Of a stretch of DNA of 64,000 bases, positions 48,548 through 61,600 are shown one piece after another (the first letter of the stretch is position 1; the number at the start of each line of letters is the position of its first letter). The stretch comes from a virus. Under the pieces are notes generated by a model. The model did no database searches. It saw only the letters and a program-made list of their open reading frames with translations, and had not been told where the DNA came from. The DNA lies in IMG/VR virus record IMGVR_UViG_3300048694_001252, positions 51,247 through 115,246 of that record. One strand, written 5' to 3'. The position numbers and the translations under genes are program-made.

Positions 48548-48922
48548 ATGACTACTTTCGTTGGTTTCAGCACAGTAAATCGTCCCAAAAAGTTCACGCT
48601 CACGGACTTTGCATTGGTCAAGCAGGACTTGATCAATGCCTTCAACATACGTCAAGGAAGCCTGCCCGGTCGTCCGGCCACGGGTACCTTGATATGGGAC
48701 TTCCTGTTCGAAAATCAAATCGAAGAACTACAAAACAACGTGATCCGAGAGATACAGCGAGTGGTGGCCCAGGATCCACGTATCACTGTGACCAACCTCC
48801 AGGTATTCCCCCAAGAAAATGGCATGCTGATCCAGCTACAACTGGCCACAGTGCAGAGTACCAATGCCGAAATACTCAGCGTGTTTTTTGACGCCCAACA
48901 ACGATTCGCCTCCTACGTATAA
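48548..48922 (+). CDS. gp25: Baseplate wedge subunit, gp25-like
   Basis: LVKQDLINAFNIRQG...P..GTLIWDFLFE...IQRVVAQDPRI. Confidence 0.85.
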   Translation: MTTFVGFSTVNRPKKFTLTDFALVKQDLINAFNIRQGSLPGRPATGTLIWDFLFENQIEELQNNVIREIQRVVAQDPRITVTNLQVFPQENGMLIQLQLATVQSTNAEILSVFFDAQQRFASYV

Positions 48923-48943
48923 CCTAGCCTTTTTTGCCGCCCA

Positions 48944-48949
48944 TAAATA
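48944..48949 (+). promoter_or_regulatory. Late promoter box TAAATA within a hairpin loop
   Basis: CCTTTT-TTGCC-gcccaTAAATAaca-GGCAA-cc-AAAAGG. Confidence 0.6.
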
Positions 48950-48976
48950 ACAGGCAACCAAAAGGTTTTTATTGAG

Positions 48977-51900
48977 ATGGCACAAACCACCCGACAGACT
49001 GCTATTTTTGGTGTGGAAGACTGGAAACAGATCTACCAAACCTACCGCGAAGCTGACTTCCAGAGCTATGATTTCGAAACTCTACGCAAGAGTTTCATAG
49101 ATTACCTCAGACTATACTATCCCGAAACATTCAATGACTATGTGGAGAGTTCGGAATTCATAGCTCTGCTGGATATCATTGCTTTCATGGGTCAGAGTCT
49201 GGCATTTCGTACCGACTTGAACACACGCGAAAACTATATCGACACCGCGGAACGTCGTGACAGCGTGACTCGCTTGGCCAATCTCGTGAGCTATACTGCC
49301 AAGCGCAACACCGCAGCCCAGGGCTTGCTCAAGGTATTCAACGTGGTCACTACCGAGAATGTGGTAGATTACAATGGTGTGAATTTGGGCAATATCATAG
49401 TGAACTGGAATGACCCTACCAATCCCGATTGGCAGGAGCAATTCACTACCATCATCAATGCAGCACTGGTAGATAGCCAAAAGATCGGCCGTCCTGGTAA
49501 CCGACAGAGCATATTGGGTGTGCTCACAGATGAATATGCTGTGAATCTAGTGCCCGGCTTCTTGCCCGTGATCAGTTATAGTGCCACGGTTGACAACATA
49601 TCCATGCCGTTTGAGGCCATGAGCTCAACCACAGTGGGTGAGGATTACATATACGAACCGCCGCCACGCCCTGGCGTCAGCTTCAACATGCTGTATCGCA
49701 ATGATCAAATGGGCTATGCCAGTGCTGATACCGGTTATTTCTTCCTGTTCAAACAGGGGGTGTTGCAGAATCAAGATTTCAACCTGCCCGAACGCATCGC
49801 CAATCGCACTGTAAACATCAACATTGAAGGTGTAAACAATCAGGATCGTTGGTTGTTCCAGTTGGATAACGTGGGCAACATCAATCGCGAATGGCAGTAT
49901 GTGGAGAATATCTATTCCGCTGCGGCCCAGCAACAACAGCAGTTGCGCCCAATCTATACTGTGAACAGTCGTACCAACGATCAGATCACCATGGTGTTTG
50001 GTGACGGTGTGTTTAGCGAGATTCCAGTGGGCACGTTCCGTGCCTATGTGCGAGCCAGCAACGGTCTGCAATACATCATCAATCCTGAAGAGATGCAGAA
50101 CGTCACGCTACCTATCAATTATATCAGTCGTACCGGTAACCTAGAAACTATAACTTTCACCTGCGGTATCACCAAGCCCGTGAGCAACGCACAAGCTCGC
50201 GAAAGCATCAACGACATCAAACAACGTGCCCCGGCCCGTTACTATACACAGAATCGCATGGTAAATGGCGAGGATTATAACCTGTTCCCGTTTACGGCCT
50301 ACAACAGCATACTCAAAAGCAAGGCCGTGAATCGCAGCAGTATCGGAACCAGTCGCTATCTTGACCTCGTGGACAACACCGGCAAATACAGTAGCACCAA
50401 TACATTTGGCAGTGACGGTGGTTTGTGGGAGGAAAACATCCTACCGGCCATACTATTTTCCTGGACCAATCGTAACGAGATCGCAGATGTTATCGCCAAT
50501 CAGATACAGCCACACCTGATTGATCCTACCATGCGGCAGTTCTATTATGCCAATTTTCCACGTGAGCTCTGCAACACCTTTGATATACAATGCACGGCCA
50601 CCACGTCGGGCACCAATGCCATCACGGTATCTGATACCAATGCTGACGATTTTTTCAATCGCTATGTGACCACGTCGGTATTACCCTTGCAAATTGTTTT
50701 CAACGGTGACGTGGGCGGTGGTATTATATCAGGCTTGCCCTACTATATCATCGGCATCAACAGCATCAACAAAACCTTTACTGTCAGCACCGCACCCAAT
50801 GGCAGCGCCACGGTCTTGACCAATAGTACTGTGACCATGCCGGCCACGATCAATCTCAATACCTATAACACCACCTGGCATCAAAGTACTACGTTGGCCA
50901 ACGAAACCACGGGCTATTTTGTCAATAATTCTTCATCGCCTATTGCAATAGGTAGTACTTCAAGTACCACTTTGCGTTATGCAGTCGTGGGTAGCCTTGT
51001 AAGATTTGTAGCGCCCAGCGGTTACTATTTTGATGCCAATAATCATCTCCAGGTGGGAGTTCCACAACGACCCGAAGAGCATCTAGAAATCTGGGCCAGT
51101 CCCATCAAGATTTCAGGCGATGGCAGCAACAACGGTCTGGGCAATTTCTCCAATGGTCAAGGACCGGTCACACTGAACGACTTTGTGCCCACGGGCGCTA
51201 TAGTGGATACCATTATCCCGTTGTTCGCAACCGATCTCACTACCAGCGTAAAACAACAGATAACCGAGCAGATGTTGCTGTACAAGACCTTTGGTCTTGG
51301 TTATGATAACGATGGTAGCATAACCGGTACACCCTATTCTTGGTATGTGATCACTGCCACCAACATCAATACCGATGCGCCCTGGAGTCAGACCTATGCA
51401 GGTAACACCTCGGGATTGAACCTTGACGCGTCATGGTTAGCACAGTTCGTGGTAGAAAATCAGAACTATACTATCACGTTCCGGGGTCTGGCCTATGTGT
51501 TTGGATCAGTCCTGCAGACTAGATTCTTCTTCTACGGTGATGAACAGATCTATGACAGCCGCAGTGGCACCGTGATACGTGATTTCATCGATGTGCTGTC
51601 GGTCAACACTGAACCTGACAGCAATGCGCATCTGCCGGGCAGCATCTATACGACCATTATAGGTCAGCCGGTAGAACCAGACGGTTATGTGGATGATTTC
51701 AAGGTATTGGTTAGCTATCGCGATCACGACAATGATGGTGTGCCAGATAACCCTGACTTTTTTGAAGAAATCGTGGCACCCACAGTGAACCCCACACAGA
51801 AATTGATTTTCCTCCAGCAAGTGGTAGATTTTGACAATCTGCAGAGATATGTGCTGGTAGAACCCGGTCGGGTGAGTTCTGACTATGCCACGCTACCTGA

Positions 51901-52681
51901 TATTGAGATGGCCAAAAACCAATGGGTACCTGGGCAGGTGTTTTATGCCACGTCTGAGGAGGCTTTTTATCAATTGAACATAACCACAGATGGTGTGCTG
52001 CAAGTAAACCCAATATCGGGCTGGCAAGCGCGGGTGGGACGTCAGGCTCTGTACTATCAATATCGACACAATGCGCCCCTGACCACACGTATTGATCCTG
52101 GTACTACCAACATCATAGATCTCTATCTGGTTACCAATCAATTCTATACTGCCTATCAAAATTGGTTGAGAGATACCACGGGCACTGTGCTTGAACCCGA
52201 ACCACCCACCATTGGTGAGCTCAGTACAGCATATCAGGCTCTGGATGATTACAAAATGTTGAGCGACAATATTGTGCCCAACAGTGTGGTTTTCAAACCG
52301 CTGTTTGGTGCCAAGGCTGCCCCGCAATTGCGAGCCACTGTCAAGGTCATACGTGCAGCCAACAGCACCGCAACCTCTAGCGAAATCAAGAGCGCAGTAT
52401 TGGCACAGATGAACGCCTATTTCAGCATCGACATCTGGAACTTTGGTGACACCTTTTATTTCAGCGAACTGGCTGCATATCTGCACCGTACACTGGGTAC
52501 CATCATATCTTCGGTGGTCTTGGTCCCCCTTGACCCACAAAAGAGCTTTGGTGATCTATACGAAATCCGCAGTCAGCCCAACGAGATTTTTGCCAATGCA
52601 GCAACCATTGACAACATTGATGTGATAGAAGCCTTGACCAGCGTCAATTTGCATACAGCACCAGGTAGTGGAGTAATTTGA
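48977..52681 (+). CDS. gp6: Baseplate wedge protein, gp6-like (1234 aa)
   Basis: YDFETLRKSFIDYLR..YPE.FNDY.ESSE, ENYIDTAERRDSV.RLA..VSY, FGDGVF, and ESINDIKQRAP..YYTQNRMVNGEDY. Confidence 0.85.
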   Translation: MAQTTRQTAIFGVEDWKQIYQTYREADFQSYDFETLRKSFIDYLRLYYPETFNDYVESSEFIALLDIIAFMGQSLAFRTDLNTRENYIDTAERRDSVTRLANLVSYTAKRNTAAQGLLKVFNVVTTENVVDYNGVNLGNIIVNWNDPTNPDWQEQFTTIINAALVDSQKIGRPGNRQSILGVLTDEYAVNLVPGFLPVISYSATVDNISMPFEAMSSTTVGEDYIYEPPPRPGVSFNMLYRNDQMGYASADTGYFFLFKQGVLQNQDFNLPERIANRTVNINIEGVNNQDRWLFQLDNVGNINREWQYVENIYSAAAQQQQQLRPIYTVNSRTNDQITMVFGDGVFSEIPVGTFRAYVRASNGLQYIINPEEMQNVTLPINYISRTGNLETITFTCGITKPVSNAQARESINDIKQRAPARYYTQNRMVNGEDYNLFPFTAYNSILKSKAVNRSSIGTSRYLDLVDNTGKYSSTNTFGSDGGLWEENILPAILFSWTNRNEIADVIANQIQPHLIDPTMRQFYYANFPRELCNTFDIQCTATTSGTNAITVSDTNADDFFNRYVTTSVLPLQIVFNGDVGGGIISGLPYYIIGINSINKTFTVSTAPNGSATVLTNSTVTMPATINLNTYNTTWHQSTTLANETTGYFVNNSSSPIAIGSTSSTTLRYAVVGSLVRFVAPSGYYFDANNHLQVGVPQRPEEHLEIWASPIKISGDGSNNGLGNFSNGQGPVTLNDFVPTGAIVDTIIPLFATDLTTSVKQQITEQMLLYKTFGLGYDNDGSITGTPYSWYVITATNINTDAPWSQTYAGNTSGLNLDASWLAQFVVENQNYTITFRGLAYVFGSVLQTRFFFYGDEQIYDSRSGTVIRDFIDVLSVNTEPDSNAHLPGSIYTTIIGQPVEPDGYVDDFKVLVSYRDHDNDGVPDNPDFFEEIVAPTVNPTQKLIFLQQVVDFDNLQRYVLVEPGRVSSDYATLPDIEMAKNQWVPGQVFYATSEEAFYQLNITTDGVLQVNPISGWQARVGRQALYYQYRHNAPLTTRIDPGTTNIIDLYLVTNQFYTAYQNWLRDTTGTVLEPEPPTIGELSTAYQALDDYKMLSDNIVPNSVVFKPLFGAKAAPQLRATVKVIRAANSTATSSEIKSAVLAQMNAYFSIDIWNFGDTFYFSELAAYLHRTLGTIISSVVLVPLDPQKSFGDLYEIRSQPNEIFANAATIDNIDVIEALTSVNLHTAPGSGVI

Positions 52682-55600
52682 TGGCACGTTTTAGAACAGT
52701 AAACTATCTTCCCGAGATTTTTCAAACCGATGCCAACCGGCAATTTTTGGCAGCCACACTTGATACCCTAGTACAAGAACCACAACTCAAGCAGACACAG
52801 GGTTTCATAGGTCGCACAGTGGGACCGGGTGTGATACCCGAAGACCGTTATGTAGTAGAGCCCAATAAAACACGTGCCGACTATCAGTTGGAGCCGGGTG
52901 TGATCAGCCTTGATCCCAAGGATACTGCTCGCATACAAGATGCCATTACCTATCCTGGTATACTTGAATCGGTATCTGCTCGCGGTGGCGTGGGCAGCAG
53001 ACCCGATCGCCTCATGCAGAGCGATTACTACACCTGGGATCCATTTTGCAATTTTGATAGTCTGGTCAACTACAGTCAATATTACTGGCTGCCCAATGGA
53101 CCTGATGCAGTAGATGTAAGTGCCACTGGAATACCGGTCACTGACACATTTGATGTGACTCGTGCCAATGGTGTGTATACTTTTTCAGGCCTGGCTGGCA
53201 CCAACCCCACTGTTGAATTGGTGCGTGGTGGCAGTTACATTTTCAATGTATACCAGAACAGCAAAGAAACTGTAAACTTCAAGGTCAGCAATCAGGGTCT
53301 GGCCGGATACACCATAGACAATCAGGTCAATCCCACGATTACCCTGGCTCGGGGCAACACCTATGTGTTCAATCTGGTTCTGCGTGGTCCCTACCCCTTC
53401 TGGATCAAGACCAATAACGAACTGGGCACAGCCTATGCCTACAATGATGGCGTCACACGTAACGGTAGCTTGACCGGGATCGTGACTTTTGTAGTTCCTC
53501 AAGACGCTCCGGATGTGCTGTATTATGTGTCGGAAAATCAACCCAACATGCGTGGTATGATCAATATCGTGGATGGTGACCCCGGAACCGGCCCTGGTTT
53601 CTGGATCCAAACCGAACCCGGTATTGGTGGCCGAAACAGCGCCAGCCCCAACATCTCCACACGTGAAGTCCTGGGTGTGATCAACAATGGTGAAGATCTG
53701 GGCACCGTGGTATTCAACGTGCCTACCAAGACACAGCAGAACTATTTCTACAATCTACCCACCTACAGTCTACCTGTGGATCTGGTCAGCACCATAAGCT
53801 ATACCGATCTGCAGGGTCAAAGCGTGAGTGGATTCCTGCAGATCTATGGTGGCATCGATGGCGTCAGTAATCTTGACAATCGCACTGTGATTTTCACAGG
53901 TGGTAGTCCCGGGATTGACCCGCCTGATACCCGCCAATTGTTCCAGATCACCTATGACTATATTGACAACATTCCCTACATCAATGTGGCCAAGATAGCC
54001 GACATACCCAATCAATGCAAGTGGATGATACGTTATGGCACGATGTATTCCAATACGCAATGGTACAAGACTCCGCAGGGTACCTTCAAACGAATGCCAC
54101 TGCTGACTGCGGCACTGGATACTCTGTACTATCAGGATGGCACTGATCCTGGTATAGTGGGAAAAATACGGCTCGTTGATCCAGTCAACAGCAGTACCAT
54201 CTATATCGATGACATCCTGGGCAAAAAGAACTATACCAGTCCCAACGGAGTCACATTTACCAATGGACTCAAGGTGGTGTTTCGTGGTGATGTATTGCCA
54301 GACACCTATGCCAGCAACACCATCACGATCGATTGTTTATCCACCACTAGCCAACAAAATCTCATCAGTACCTACAGCACCGAACATCTACGTGTGGGTC
54401 AAGAAATCATATTCTCGGCACCCACGCTGGGCGGTCTGACACCGGCACAGCCCTACTATGTGCGCTTCATAGACAATGTGTTGCAGTTTCAAGTTTCTGA
54501 AACGCCCGATGGTGCCGCAGTAGCCCTAGCCAACGGAACTGGCCATATGTTGGCGGCCGTGACCAATTATCGTGCCTATTATGTGGCCGGTGTGGGTACC
54601 GCTATCCAACTATTGCCAGTGACCGATTTCGTTACACCTGAACTGTATATCGGTGATGAAAACGAGTCCGGTAGCACGGTACCGCTCTTGCCGGACTATA
54701 TCACGATTGATCGTGCCAGTTCCGATCACAATGCATGGAGCCGCAGCAATCGCTGGTTCCATATTGATGTGATACAGGCCACAGCCGAATACAACAACAC
54801 CATAGTCACGCTCAATGAAACTGATCGTGCACGTCGCCCTATCATACAGTTCAATGCGGGGATACGCCTATTTGACATGGGCTCACAGGGCCTGGCTCCG
54901 GTTGATGTGATTGATTTTACCGAAACCGATGCTCTAAGCAATGTGGAGGGTGCTACCAGTTATACCGTTTATGGATATAGCGTAATCAATGGTTCCAGGA
55001 TTATTTTTGCCAATGATCTAGATCCACAGGTGCGGGACAAAATATGGCAGGTAGAATTTATCTATCCCGATACAGTACCGCCCCTGGTCAGTCAACCTGT
55101 GATACATTTGCGCTTGGCCGATGATGGTGATGTGGCGGTTGATATGTGCACGGTGATCTTGAATCACGGTACCAGTCAGCTACCGGTTCCCACAGGTGAA
55201 ACAGAAATCATAGGTGGACAAACGGTGATCAAGGGTCAAGCCGGAGCCAGCTACTGGTATGATGGTACGGCTTGGATAGCATCACAAACCAAGACACAGG
55301 TGCAGCAGCCACCACTGTTCAATGTGTATGACATGCAGGGCGTGAGTTTTAGCGATCGTGTCAAATATCCCAGCACTGACTTTGCAGGAACTCGGTTGTT
55401 CAGTTACGCCATCAGTGATGTTGGTGTCAAAGATGTGGTGTTGGGTTTTCCTCTGCGATACCTCACTATCAACAATCTAGGTGATATTGTTTTTGACAAC
55501 AACCTCTACACCGATCAATTCAACTACGTCAAAGATAAAGGCAGTTATACACAGTCGATCAGTGCAGGTACGCCAAGAGTATACAGCACACGCACGGAAT

Positions 55601-58600
55601 ACCAACGTGTGCTAGGTTGGCAAGATGCTGTGACTACCACGCAGGTATATCAGCAGTTCCGATTCGTATTCACCACAGTGAATCTTGAATTGGATGTGGT
55701 GGTAAGCGAACGCACTGATATACCTGTGGTCAAGGTCTATGTCAACAACGTATGGCTACCACCGGCGGGATTCAGTATCGCACGATATGACAAACGAACT
55801 GTGATAACTCTGGCCACAGCACCGGCACCAGATAGCATTATAGAAGTCGTGGCACTGAGCGAGCAGACTAGCAATACCGGTTTCTATCAGGTACCCATCA
55901 ATCTACAAAACAATCCGTTCAACGCCAACAGCGATGCCTTTACCTTGGGTACCATACGGCAACACTATCAGAGCATTTGCGAAAATCTCTTGCCATTGTC
56001 GGGTCCGGTAAATGGTGCAAACAACTCTCGTGACCTTGGTGATATTGTGCCCTATGGTCAGGTGATATTACAACAGAGCGCACCGCTCACCTTGGCCGGT
56101 TACTTTTTGCGTAGCAACAAGTTCAATATCTGGAACAGTCTGGTCTATAACGGCCGAGAGTACACCAAATACAAAAATCTCATACTAGAAAACGTCACTC
56201 AGCAGGTGATCAATTTTGAAACTGCGGCTCAAATACTCGATCGTGCCATAGCCAATGTGACTCAAGGGCGCGTAGAAACACAGCCATTCTATTGGTCCGA
56301 CATGTTGCCTTCGGGATCAATCTATCAAGAAACTGTCTACCCCATCACATACATCACCACGCGCACTTTCAACACGCTTTACGTGCATGATTATACTTCG
56401 GCCAATTATCTTGGCATGGATGTGTATCTAGATGGAGACATACTCACTCGCGGGCGTGATTATACTGTGGCCGCCAATGCTGCCACGATCACAGTCATAA
56501 CCACGCTGGCAGTGGGTCAGACTCTGACCATTCGAGAGTACGAGACCACTGCGGGCAGTTTCTGCCCCAACACACCCACCAAGCTGGGATTGTATCCGGC
56601 CTGGCAACCGGAAATAGTGGTGCAGACCACCACGGACGGCGAGCAAGCCATGATCATGGGTCATGATGGCAGCGCCACCAAGATTTTTGGGGATATACGT
56701 GATAGCGTGTTATTGGAGTTTGAAACACGCATCTACAACAATCTCAAATTGGATGACAATCCAGTACCCTTGACTATAGCAGATGTGTTACCGGGGCAAT
56801 TCAGACGTACCGGATTTGATCTGAGCGAGATACAGAATATTCTCAATCAAGATTTCCTGAGCTGGATAGCCTGGAACAAATTGGATTATACCACACAAGA
56901 ATTCAATATTTCCAACAGCTTTACCTACAATTATAGCCAGGCCCAAAATCGCCTGGATTCGTCCCTGCTGCCCGGAGCTTGGCGCGGTATCAATCGCTAT
57001 TTCTATGACACAGTGCAGCCACAAAGCACACCATGGGAGATGCTGGGATTCTCGGTCAAGCCCACTTGGTGGGATCTCACCTATGGTACCGGACCCTACA
57101 CCGATGGTAACTTGGTGTTGTGGGATGATCTTGAGGCAGGTATCGTGCGTGATCCCCTGGGAGCCTATGTGCTTCCGGCCTATGTGCGTCCACGTCTGAC
57201 TCAAGTGATTCCCAGTGGCAGCGAGGGACAATTGCTATCGCCCCTGGACACTGTGGTGGGCAATTTTGAAGATGAAACGTTTGTTAATGATTGGTCAGTG
57301 GGCAATGGCGGACCCACCGAAGCGTCATGGTGGACCAGCAGTCTCTATCCCTTTGCTGTGATGCGCGTGTTGGCTCTGACTCGCCCGGCCAAGTTCTTTT
57401 CACTGTTCGTGGATCGCGATCTCTATCGCTACAACAGCGAATTTGAACAATACCTCTATCGGGGTCGTTATCGCATGGATGCTCGCGATCTTGAAGTGTA
57501 TGGCAATGGAGTTAGCAAGGCCAGCTTCATGAACTGGATCGTGGATTACAATCGTCAAACCGGCCTGGACAGTACCCAGGAAATGTCTCAGGATCTAGCC
57601 AATCTAGATGTGCGGTTGTGTTATCGCATGGCCAGCTTCTCAGACAAACAATACATCACGCTCATGACCGAGCGCAGTACTCCCAACAGCAACAACAGCG
57701 GATTCACCATACCCGACAACAGTTATCAATTGTTGCTGTACAAGAATCAAGTGTTTGCTGAAGTGACCTACAGCTCGGTCATCGTACAACGTACCAATAC
57801 CGGATATCAGGTGTTTGGCTATAGCACCTTGCAGCCCTATTTCACACAGACTGTGAGCATGAGCACCAGTAAGCCACTCACGATCACATCAGGTGGTATC
57901 ACAGTACAGGTCAGCACAGTATTCAGCAATATCACGCAACAGATACCTTACAGCACGGAATTTGCCACGCCCCAAGAAGTGGCCCAATTCTTATTGTGTT
58001 ACGGCCACTGGCTAGGAACTCAAGGTTTTGTGTTTGACAACATCAGTAATGGTTATGTACTGGATTGGACTCGCATGGCGTCTGAGTTCCTCTACTGGGC
58101 CGGTCAAGACTGGGACAATGGTGTATTGATCAACATCAATCCCTTGGCACAAAAATTGCAGATCACCAAGGCTCAAAGTGTGGTGGACAGTCTCCAGGTA
58201 CAGAGCGCCGAAAACGTGTTGCTGGATCAAAATCGTCGAGAACTACCCACTCGCAATCTCAACATCGTGCGATTGGACAATACTCTCACTGTAGAGCCCA
58301 TGACTGATCAAAGCCTCAGTTTCGTAGATCTTAATTTTACCAGCTACGAACACATGATAGTGCTGAACAATCGCAGCGAGTTTGGCGATCTTATACTAGA
58401 TCCTACCACCGGTGCGAGACAGTCGCGCTTGTATCTCATGACCACGAATACCAGCGACTGGAATGGTAGCATCGATACCCCGGGCTTCATACTCAACCGT
58501 GACAACATCGAAGCGTGGACCGGTTTGAGAACCTATGCCAAAGGCGAGATAGTGCGTCACAAAGGTAGCTATTGGAGCGCGGCCACGATCGTGCAACCCA

Positions 58601-61600
58601 GCGCCAGATTCAACTACAATGACTGGTTACAGAGCGATTATACCAAGATTGAACAGGGTCTCCTGCCCAACCTGGCCAACAAAGCGGTACAATTGCAACA
58701 GAGCTATGACATCAATCAGGCCAACATTGACAGTGAACAGGATCTATTCAGCTTTGGTTTGATCGGATTCCGCCCGCGACAGTATCTGGCCGCGTTAGAT
58801 CTTGACAGTGTGGGCCAAGTCAATGTGTATCGACAATTCTTGGGCACCAAAGGTACCAAGCTCAGTGCAGAAAATCTACGTTCCAGCCGCCTGACCAAGG
58901 AGCAGGCTGATTATGCTATCTTTGAAAACTGGGCAGTACAGCGCGGAGTCTATGGCGCAAATGCCAATCGTAGCTTCGTGGAATTCCGACTGAATCGAGC
59001 TCTTTTGAGCGCCAATCCCAGTACAGTACAGGTGATCAATGCCGGTGAATCCAGCGAAGCTGATCAGACCATACTGTTGGGAAATATCTGGCGCCAGAGC
59101 TACAAACTGACCACAACCGACATATTCCCTACCACGCTAGATTTGCCCACTGATGTGGGATTGCCCAGCGCCGGCTATGTGGATATTGACGATGTGGATA
59201 TCACGGTATTTGATATCACAGATCCGGCCAATCTATCGGCCAACCTTGACAAGATAGGTGTGGGCACTTCGGTCTGGGTGGCCAAAATCAACGATTATGA
59301 TTGGAACATTTATCGTTGCGAAAGTATTCCAGGCAGCATCAATCATCTCTGCGATAATCTTGATGGTACCAGCCTGGTTATCTTTACCCAACAGCACGGA
59401 TTGTCTGTGGGTAATCAGTTGATCATAAGATTTTTTGACGCCGCGGTAGATGGCATTTACCGTGTGCTTTCGGTACCCAGCCTCAACCAGGTGACCATAG
59501 CCTATCAGTTTGTGGGTCGCGGTCGCACTGTGATAGATGGCACCGGTATCGGTTTCACGCTGGAAACCATGCGAGTGGCCCAATTCAGTGATTTGGTGAA
59601 TCTACCCTATGCCAATCAACTCACACCGGGTGCTAGAGCCTGGGTAGACGACGACGGCGATGGACGTTGGGGAGTGTATGAAAAGCAGGACATCTATACC
59701 GCTACTACCACGCTTGCCAGCAAAAATCCAGATGCAACTGAAGGCTATGGTGCCACGGTGGCCATGGGTGCCAATCAACAATCGGTTCTAGTGGGAAGCC
59801 CAAGATATGGATTCCCGGCAGGCGCGGAAAAAGGTGCCATCTATACCTACGTCAAAAACTATACCGGCACCTTCCAACCGGTCAGTCCGGTGCTGGGCAC
59901 GGATGCCATCCTAGAGCTAGGCACTGCAGATTCCAGAGGATTTGGTAGCAGCCTCAGCATAGGCAATCTAGATTGGGCCGTAGCTGGTGCACCTGGTAGC
60001 TTGGGCGGAGCGGCTCAGACCGATTCGGGATATGCTGCCGTGATACATCGCAGTGAAGCGGTAGTGCCCAACGCCAATCCTTATCAGCTGTGGCAATTGT
60101 TGACCACTCCGGGTCTGATCAATACAGATCAGGCTCAGTTTGGTAGCACCGTGGCCATGAGTCATGATGAGCGTTGGATGTACATTGGTGCACCCTACAA
60201 AGACAACGGTTCAGTTGCGGCCTACACTCGAGTAGAGTGGCGCGAACAGACACTGGACACTCATGGAACCGGATCTCAAACTGACTATGCGTTTGGTGGC
60301 ACGATAGAGATCAGTGATGCCAATCAACTAGCGGTCACCGTGAATGGCATATTACAAACGTTGGGAGTGGATTACTCGGTAAATCTCGTTACGCAACAGG
60401 TGATATTTGGATCGGCACCGGCTGCTGATCGACCCATACGTATTCGCAGGCTAGATGCTGTGCAGTTGGATGAAACAGCAGGACCCACCTATGATTTGGC
60501 ACAATATTTCTATCAGGTAGATCTCGCGGATAGCAATATCTATAGCTTCCAACTCACGCTCAATGGCGATCTATTGCGTCCCAATATCGATTATACATTC
60601 AACACCATGACCAAGATAGTGTCTATCTCGGCGGCGTTGACCCTGGGTGATGTATTGTTGGCTCGCGCCAGCTGGTACTGGCTCTATGTGGATACCATAT
60701 TACCGCCCACGATCACTGGTACCCCGGCTCTGTTTGGATCAAGTCTGGTCTGCACTACTGATGGTAGACAGGTCTTGATAGGTGCACGTAATCAGGATGT
60801 GGATGGGGTCGTGCAAGCCGGCTGTGTTTATGTGTATGATCGCGATGTACAGCGTTTCCATTATGGCGAAACCAGTACAGTAACGTTCACGGTGTTGGGC
60901 AGTGCGCCCAATCCACTAGCAGTATCGGTCTTGGTCAACAACCAGTTTTTGACACCCGAAACCAGCACAGTGGTAGATGCACCCAATAGCTTTACCGTAA
61001 GCGGCAACAACATCACAGTCAATACCGATCTCGTTACAGGTGATTTTGTCGACATTGAGACCAATCAATTCCAGTTAGCACAGGTGATCATGCAGGACCA
61101 GATTGCGGAATTCAGCAACTATGGACAGGCAGTCGACATCTGCCGGTACAATTGCAGTCTCTATGTGGGAGCACCACAGAGCAGCGTACAGATATTCAAG
61201 GGTGGTGTGGTAGAACGCAGCGTGAATCAGGCCCGATCTTTTGGTATCATCGCCAGCGTCAACACCAATCCGGTACTAACTCCCGGTGATACTCTGCGGG
61301 TCAACAATCAAGATGTTGAGGTTCCCGCGGCCAGTGGCAGCGTGTCCAGCCTGCAGGGTTTGGCCCTGGCCATAACCAATCAGGTACCCAATACGCAGGC
61401 CTCAGTCACAAACGGAGTGTTGCAGATCACAGTAATGAACATGGCAGCCTCGGTACCGGGCAATCGTTTGCAGGTGGCACCTGGCACTGTGGGTACCGCG
61501 TTCGATGATCTAGGGTTCGACACCTTTGTGATAGCCCAGACCATAACCAGTCCCCTGCCACTACAATATGCGCAATTTGGTGCCGCACTTACCATATCAG

